Shown here piece by piece: positions 56,607-64,000 of a DNA stretch of 64,000 nt. The notes under the pieces are model-generated. The model saw nothing but the letters and a program-made list of their open reading frames with translations, was not told the origin of the DNA and ran no database searches. The position numbers were made by a program, and so were the translations under genes. The stretch's first letter is position 1. Each line of letters opens with the position of its first letter. This DNA comes from Eledone cirrhosa. Lineage: Eukaryota. The DNA is taken from positions 26,288,001-26,352,000 of the forward strand of contig OZ024745.1 in assembly GCA_964016885.1 (NCBI GenBank). Reading direction: 5' to 3'.

Positions 56607-57259
56607 TACCCATTTATTTATATATATATGAGGGGGTCGTCGTATGCCTATGTGGATTTTACCATCATTATTGGCTAAACGAGATCTCTCATTTTCATGA
56701 CATGTGCACACGCTTAAGTTTTCGTTTCAGATACTTTGATGCTGTATGATTGTTCACAATATGTCTATTTTTAGGTAACCTATGGCTACCCTTTGGGATT
56801 AATAAAACCTACTGAAATTACAAAGATAAAGTGAATACGGCCGTGAGTGAAAGAAAAATATAGATATATTGGGAGAGGCAAGAGAAATTAAGAGAAAGAC
56901 CAGAGAAGGGAAGTGGATAACAAAAATGTGAGATAGAACTAAAAGATTAAATTGAGGTAGATACATAAATAAATAATAAAAGTTTTGAAGAAAGAGATTT
57001 AGGATCATTTATTAAAACACAAAAATGTGTCCAAATGATTATATCCTGTTGTGAGTTCACTAAATTCCACTACAAAAAACAGATGTGACCATCCTAACAT
57101 TTACTCGATTTTAACCGGATTTCTAATGCACGTTCTCTATAATTTAGCCCTCCCCTCTCTCTAACAGATTTTTCTTAATCTACCCCCATATGTATTTATA
57201 CAACTCACACACAAATAACACACATATACAGACTGGCATACATACCTACATACAAACAC

Positions 57260-57322
<63 letters not shown>

Positions 57323-57323
<1 letters not shown>

Positions 57324-57872
57324 TCCGACGCCTCCAGTCCGACCCCTCCACCTCCCACATCTTCCCAGCCCCACCACTCCCCTCCTTCAAACGCGCACGC
57401 AATCTCCGCAACCTCCTCGTCCACAGCTCCCTACCGCCCAACCCACGCTCCCCCCCGTTCCTTTCCCTGTTCTAGGCCCCGCTACAACACCTGTCCTCAC
57501 ATCACCAACACCACCACCTTCCAGGGTCCCAACGGCCACTCTCTCTCTGTCCGGCATGCCTTCCGCTGCACCTCCTCCAACTTAGTCTACGGACTTCGCT
57601 GCACGGAGTGCAGCGCAACTTACGTCGGACAGACTGGACGTCGCCTGGCGGACAGATTTACTGAGCACCTCCGGGATATTCGTCTCGGTGGTAGTTCCCC
57701 CATCGCCCGCCACTTTGGTGCCCCTGGACATTCCGCACACCATCTCACAGTCTGTGGCCTACTCCAATGCCACGGAACACCCGCCAATCTCCTAAGAGTC
57801 GAACAACGAACCATCTTCATCTTACAGACCCACACTCCCCCCGGCCTGAACTCCCCACCCTTATTCCTTTAG
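57323..57872 (+). pseudogene. PLE linker + GIY-YIG endonuclease (frameshift in the poly-C at ~57450); absent from the ORF track
   Basis: Hand translation: FRRLQSDPSTSHIFP...FKRARNLRNLLVHS / FPCSRPRYNTCPHI...CTSSNLVYGLRCTECSATYVGQTGRRLADRFTEH...EQRTIFILQTHTPPGLN. Confidence 0.88.
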
Positions 57873-59135
57873 CCTTCAACCGCCCCCTCCCCCACACATA
57901 TCCCCCACTAACACCACTAACACACACACCCACTTACACCACCCACCCTACACGCAACTAACATCACTAACACCCCCAACCCTACGCACACGTACACACA
58001 CACCCTCTTACACCACCCACTCTACACACCCTACCACCACTGACCTCCACTCACACCCACATTCAACCCTTTCTCCACCTCCTGTATACTAACACCCACT
58101 AACACCCCCTTCACCACACACACACACCAGTACACTACACTCCCTCCATCGGCCCCCACACCCTTCTCTCCCCGCTCCACCCACACCCTTTCTCAAACAC
58201 TCACTCATCCCACTAACACCTCTACTAATACACACACACCCCTCCTCACTCCAACTTTCACACCTACCCATCCTCTCCCCTGTCCATCGCACACACTGAC
58301 ACACCTTCACTTATCATTCTACCCTACTGCTGCTATGCCCTCTGACCACCTCCCCGCACACACAGACACACAACACACCTTCACTTACCATTCTACCCTA
58401 CTGCTGCTATGCCCTCTGACCACCTCCCCGCACACACAGACACACAACACTCCTCCTGCCATGACCCTCTGACCACTTCCTGTTGCGCGCGCACCCCACA
58501 TCTCCCCTCTTCCGACCAATCTCTTCACGGATTACACATATGTGAACCTTGATACCGAGAATCCACCGCATCCCAGGATTTTACTCAGCATTCCACCACA
58601 TCTTTTTACGGAATTACCTTTATGACTCACCCCACACACACACCCCCAAAATTTTTTTTTCCCACACGCCACCTACATCCACAACACGCATAAACACCAC
58701 ACACACACGTGCGTACCACCACATATTTACAAATTCAGCCTCCGGAATCCTCTCCCCCCAACCCTCTATCCACACACGCACACACACACTCCGACCTACA
58801 CCCCACCCACACACACCTCTTCCAGAACATGCAACCCCGTTCTTCCCCCAACCCTTGCTTTCACATACACACACACACAGACACGTACACCTACACACAC
58901 ACACCACCTTCAGCCCTCCCCGCTCCGACACCCCGTCTCCCTCTTCCCACTCCACCCGCCACCACCCCTACACGCCCCACACCCTTCCACCACCTGTTTT
59001 ACCCCATTTTAATTTTATTTTGATCATGCCTTTATTTTTAATTTCATTTGCACCGTTTCCTCTCACCCCCTTTTTGCTATATGTCTCTCCACCACTCCCC
59101 TACACACCCTTTGAACTCTCTTCCCACACACTTTT

Positions 59136-59169
59136 CACGTGAAGAAGGGCTTATGTCCGAAACGTCGTT
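59136..59169 (+). ncRNA. Degenerate minimal hammerhead (C3>G)
   Basis: cac GTGAAGA a gggc ttat gtcc GAAA cg TC gtt. Confidence 0.6.
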
Positions 59170-59302
59170 CCCCACCACCACCCCACTCTCAAGAGCGTGA
59201 AATTAATAAACCCTTGTTTGTACTGCCTCTCTGTTTTGTTCCCGTTCAATTTTTCACTATATATATATATATAATACATACGCATATATACATACACACA
59301 CG

Positions 59303-59386
<84 letters not shown>

Positions 59387-59514
59387 AAAAGCAGAGAAGC
59401 CGTATCGATCCTCCTTTGAAGCTCGTCACACTTAAACCAATGAATATTGCAATATCGTATTTCTCTTTATTCCTCCACAAAATATGTTTGTCTGATGAAG
59501 GTACATGACCTAGT

Positions 59515-59640
59515 ACTTAGAGGATGTGAGTTCGATTCTCGGACCGGGTGATACGTAGTGTCCTTGAGCAAGACATTTATTCACGCTGCTCCAGTTTACT
59601 CAGCTGTAGAAATGAGTTGCGACGCCACTGGTGTCAAGTT
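59515..59640 (+). mobile_element. Second tRNA-SINE family copy
   Basis: gagttcgattc (B box) then gtgtccttgagcaagacatttattcacgctgctccagtttactcagctgta. Confidence 0.6.
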
Positions 59641-61345
59641 GTATCGGTCATTGTCTTTCGCTTGGACAACTTCGGTGGTGTGGATAGGATCGACTGGTAT
59701 GCATTGGCAACTGCTGGTCTTCTCCAAACCAACCTTATCCAGGCTTATGTCTCGAAGGGAAACTTTCTAGGTGCAAACCATGGTCAATAGTGACCGATAG
59801 GGCCCTCTCTAATATGTAGCCTAGCCAATGTAGATATTGTAATAGTGAACTGTCATTTTGTTGTATTGACGATTATTTGTTATTGTGAATCCTCATCCCT
59901 AACATTTCTAATTATCTAATTATTTATTGGATTTTATTTCAGAAAAAGTTAGCAAATTTTTAGAGCCGGTAGATCATCGGATTAAATGCCTCTGTGTTTG
60001 TTACTCGCCACGGCCAACTTTGTCCGGCATTCTTTCAAACGAGATAAATAAACAACCCACCCAGAGGTGGGGGATTAGCAGACAAGATACTTTGTAGTAT
60101 CCGATCTGACTCTATCCGTTCTGAGTTCGAATCCTATCACATTCTAAGTTACAACCAGCAGATGATATCAGCAATGGGAGGACTATGAAGGGCTTTTTTC
60201 TATCATTTTATATTTTCATATTTTTATATTTTTATTGCCTTCTAAAATATATTTATGTCATAACTAAATTTTCCCCCTTTCACTAAATGTACTAGACTTC
60301 ACACTTACAGTTAAATGGAGACTATGACAGTACATATCTAGTAAGGAGGGGATATGTGTTCAAAAAGTTTGTAGTATCTCCCAGTCTGCTGAAATTGATA
60401 TGGTTTATATTCAACTCACATTTGGGCAGGAAAATAAAACCTGGGGATTGTCGGCCTGGGGTGGAATGTCTTGAGTCATGGTGTGCTAATATCAATTAAG
60501 TGGTTCAACTGTTCAGCATCGGATAAAATGGCCTGAGTTATTTACATACATTGAAACTCATGTGATTTGAATGTAAATGCATTTACGTTCAAATCACATC
60601 AGGTTCAAATTTTACCATTCAAAATTCTGGGAACGATACGAAACTGAAAGTACTTGGGAATAGTTACTGACTATAGTTCCTCGCATAAAATGGTGGTCGT
60701 GTACGGCTCTCAGGAATCATTTCTGGACATATATGCTGAATTTGATAGGGGCGTATATAAAGTACTGAATGAGCTGTTTTAAATGCAGGTACCTTTTGCG
60801 AAGTAGATTTGCGCGAATTTCAACTAATGCTTAACACATGGCCCAAACAATCAACACTCCTAAGTAATTCAGCTATTTTGGCTCTGTTTCTATTAGAACA
60901 CGAATACATAGAATGATGCACGGTCATAGGCAGTGACACAAACTGATATGCCGCCCGCTTTCCTTTTATAATTGACATTTCTTTTCAGCTCTTATCTCTA
61001 CGATTAATTAATTACTTATCGAGCTAAAAATAGCCGCAAAATCTTTTTCAAATTAAACCCTGATGCTTGGTTTACATTTTGTTTTCATAAGGAAAGGAAA
61101 GCCACGTGGGATAATGTAGTCTGAAATAAACTATACCCTTCCTCATTTTAAAACACATTTAATACATTTCATTGGGACATCTCAATGCAGATCGACCTGC
61201 AACCTGGAAAGAAGCGGACAGAAACACCCACCGGAATCATATTCAAATATTATTAATAGTTTTCTGCAGCGTGAGTGTTTTCTACAGAAGATAACATATC
61301 AAGATTAAAATTTTCATAATGCTTAGTAAATTACCCACCCACCCT

Positions 61346-61384
<39 letters not shown>

Positions 61385-61530
61385 AATAACAGATTAAAGT
61401 TTAAGCAAAGAATCGCTGCTTTCACCCTTAACGGAATCTTCTGCATTTATATATTTATATATTTGATATATATTTATCCTTATCGAGCCCTCTTTGGATT
61501 TTAGTCTTCACATTTATTATTATTACTATA
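61385..61530. repeat. Copy of the 'cagattaaagtttaagc' family
   Basis: Matches 34-120 and 51705-51900. Confidence 0.7.
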
Positions 61531-62167
61531 TATATATATATATCATTTTTTTTTTTTTTTTTTAGTTTGTTTCTTTGAATAATTCATTATTACAATTTTT
61601 AAAATGTTAAATTGTCATAGTAAATGCTATGCTATATTTGGTTATATAGTTTAAGTTTCTATAGTCATGAGGCTAACTTTATTTACTCTTCCATCTATAG
61701 CCATCGTTATGTCAATCTAATAAAATCATTAGTGCAATTTTAAATATATATTGAAAAGATTCTTCATTCACTGAAAAGAAAAGTTAGTGATTTGTTATTA
61801 CATCTGAAACGCAATTTTGTTTCGAAAAACAATTCTAAATATAACACTTGACGGATTCATAACCTCTTAATTATGTATGGAACACAAACTATCTAATATC
61901 GAAAGTCATTAGCTCAGAACGCCCCCTGTTTCAAACATTTCAGTTGCATTGTATTTATTTCATTTGTGTTATACGATAGTCGGTTGAAACGTTCATAGTC
62001 TGAATATAAAGGAGTGATGCTAGAGCTGTGAAATATTGCATGCATTACTTTCAACTCTTCTTATTAATAACTGTATTGTTTCTTTCCAGCGACTATGTTG
62101 AAAAATAAATCTCATTTTGGTCATTCCATTCATCTCGGTCAGCCCTTGAACTTTTTAACCTATGAAC

Positions 62168-62308
62168 TGGTACTTTTTTATCGACCTCGAAAGGATGAAA
62201 GGCAAAGTCGACCCCGGTGGAATTTGAATTCATAGCACGAAATGCTGTGGAGCGAATACCGTAAAGTATTCTATCCGACGTCTTTAACGACTCTGCCAGT
62301 TCGCCACT
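62168..62308 (-). mobile_element. Diverged SINE
   Basis: tttatcgacctcgaaaggatgaaaggcaaagtcgacc...atttgaattc. Confidence 0.7.
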
Positions 62309-62479
62309 CGGGTCGATATAAATAAAAGAAAATGTTCATATAATATTACCTTAACCTTAATGAAACCATGTTTTATGAAAGGTAATAGTAACTGTGTTTA
62401 AACAGAATGTTTTTAACATAAGTATTAATAACACGATAAAAAACATCCGGAATAATTTAAATTTTTGTGTTATACCTAT

Positions 62480-62735
62480 AAACGTTATTTCTCAGTTCCC
62501 TATTAGAATGTCTCAGCAAAGAATCGCTGGACAGATCTTACGGGCAAAACCAACTGACAGGATACCCAATGGTAGACGACGAGAAAGACGGTTGGATAAC
62601 GGCCATGAGCCCGGCTAGTCTCGCTTTGTACCCAGCCGGATCAATTGAGGACGGTTGCTTCTAAGAGGACCCATTGGAAAGAGTGTTTGAGGACTCTGCT
62701 TCCAGGACCCTCTGAGGAATAAGTGGGAGAAGAAG
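62480..62735 (+). mobile_element. Probable 3' remnant of an RTE-like LINE
   Basis: RMSQQRIAGQILRAKPTDRIPNGRRRERRLD resembles the RTE C-terminal ...G.RP.GRPR.RW.D motif; diverged. Confidence 0.4.
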
Positions 62736-64000
62736 AGTAGAAAAAGAAGAAGCAGCATATATATTCTACATCAATACTTTTCTTCTTGAAAGACTTCTTT
62801 CTTAACGGGTTTGAAATAAGAAAGAATGTTTATAGCGACAGATTTTCCACAAATAAATTATATTTAAAATATTTCGTTTTCCTAGAGATAAAATTCTTTT
62901 CAGCATTTTTTTTCTTCTGTGATGTTATTATCATTTTTTGTGTGTTTGATATAATTCTATCATAATATTTTTTCTCGAAAATTAAGAATATGAATGTTCT
63001 GAATGCAATGTAAAACAGACCACAAAATATATGCGATTTCATTCCTTACATCTTTTCTATTTTACTCTCCCTACTTGAAATATTCCATTATTTCACATCT
63101 TATATCATTCATATGTTACAACATTTATTTTCAAGTCTCCCTCTTTTATCTCATTTTTTCTCTGACAATTTTAGTCCCTATTTGAATGAACTCTTCCCAT
63201 AGGACATCTTAATACCGGCAAATAAAATCTGTCTTGACACATATTCTCCCAAAGCGGAAATACAGAAATATATATTGAAATATGAACCCCAAAACTTAGA
63301 TGCAAATCTATTTTTAATTCAAACAACGGATATAATAAAATTGTCGTAAAACTGTGCCGTACTTTAAATAATGTAGGGGAGGAAAATACGTAGAAATTCT
63401 AGATTTTAACAAAAAGTATTTTTTTAGTAAGATCTTTATTAAACGTTACTTATTTGTATTACTATAATATAATAATAACGTTTCGGAATTAGATTTTAGT
63501 TATGCTCTGTTTGAAATAATAATTGCAAATAAAAATATCGGGAGCACATGAAAACAAGGTTTTTTTTTCAGAAGAACCACATGAGATCAAATTGACTGTT
63601 AAGTATTAATAGCAGTATTCTAGTGTCGAGTTAGTAAGTTGCCTGGAAGATATAGAAAAACTTCAGTAATGATAATTATTGATTAAATGCATGATGTAGT
63701 CAGTGTAATCAACGAATTGGATATGCGGAACATTCTTACTGTTTTCTCAAGTTTCAAATCGAGCTGTACTAACTGACTAGCTTATGCTGTTTAAGCCATG
63801 ATAGAATGTGTAGATGTATGCGTATATCTGAGTCTATTTAGCCATGCGTAGTGAATGGCTTCTGCAGGTGGCATACTGGTAAATAAATTGCTTTGAATTT
63901 TTTTTATCATGTTATCTATATTCTGAATCACCCTTAGATACTTTTAGCAGAGATGGCTCTGTTACAACCATTTGGACAAGGAACTCGATTAAGGGGTAGC

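Larger units (their letters stand above)
57322..59258 (+). mobile_element. Penelope-like (Neptune-like) element, 5'-truncated, between (TA)n tracts
   Basis: GIY-YIG coding remnant, long C/A-rich 3' region, and the pLTR-type motif tgaagaagggcttatgtccgaaacgtc. Confidence 0.85.

Overview
AT-rich animal genomic DNA with no recognisable host gene. The SINE family and microsatellite load resemble octopus/cephalopod genomes (inference). Most ORF-track entries are (TA)n/(CA)n/(GA)n artefacts. Real content: many copies of a ~185-bp tRNA-derived SINE; a complete but decayed hAT (Buster/Charlie/SPIN-like) transposon with TIRs and an 8-bp TSD (7671-10637); a degenerate Penelope-like element (PLE; RT + C-terminal GIY-YIG, ~19960-22748); a second 5'-truncated PLE (57322-59258); a 5'-inverted RTE-like LINE; an R4/Dong-like LINE inside a (CATA)n tract; and smaller fragments. 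The main signal is a 4.1-kb fold-back array of apparently identical 310-bp units (14863-18992), each carrying a minimal type I hammerhead ribozyme (14 copies: 9 on -, 5 on +). This is a retrozyme-like multimer about 1 kb from the PLE. Several other short fold-back elements from unrelated families, all in (TA)n tracts, also carry complete or half hammerhead cores, suggesting a set of ribozyme-bearing non-autonomous elements mobilised by PLEs. All structures were paired by eye; no folding, alignment or database search was run.
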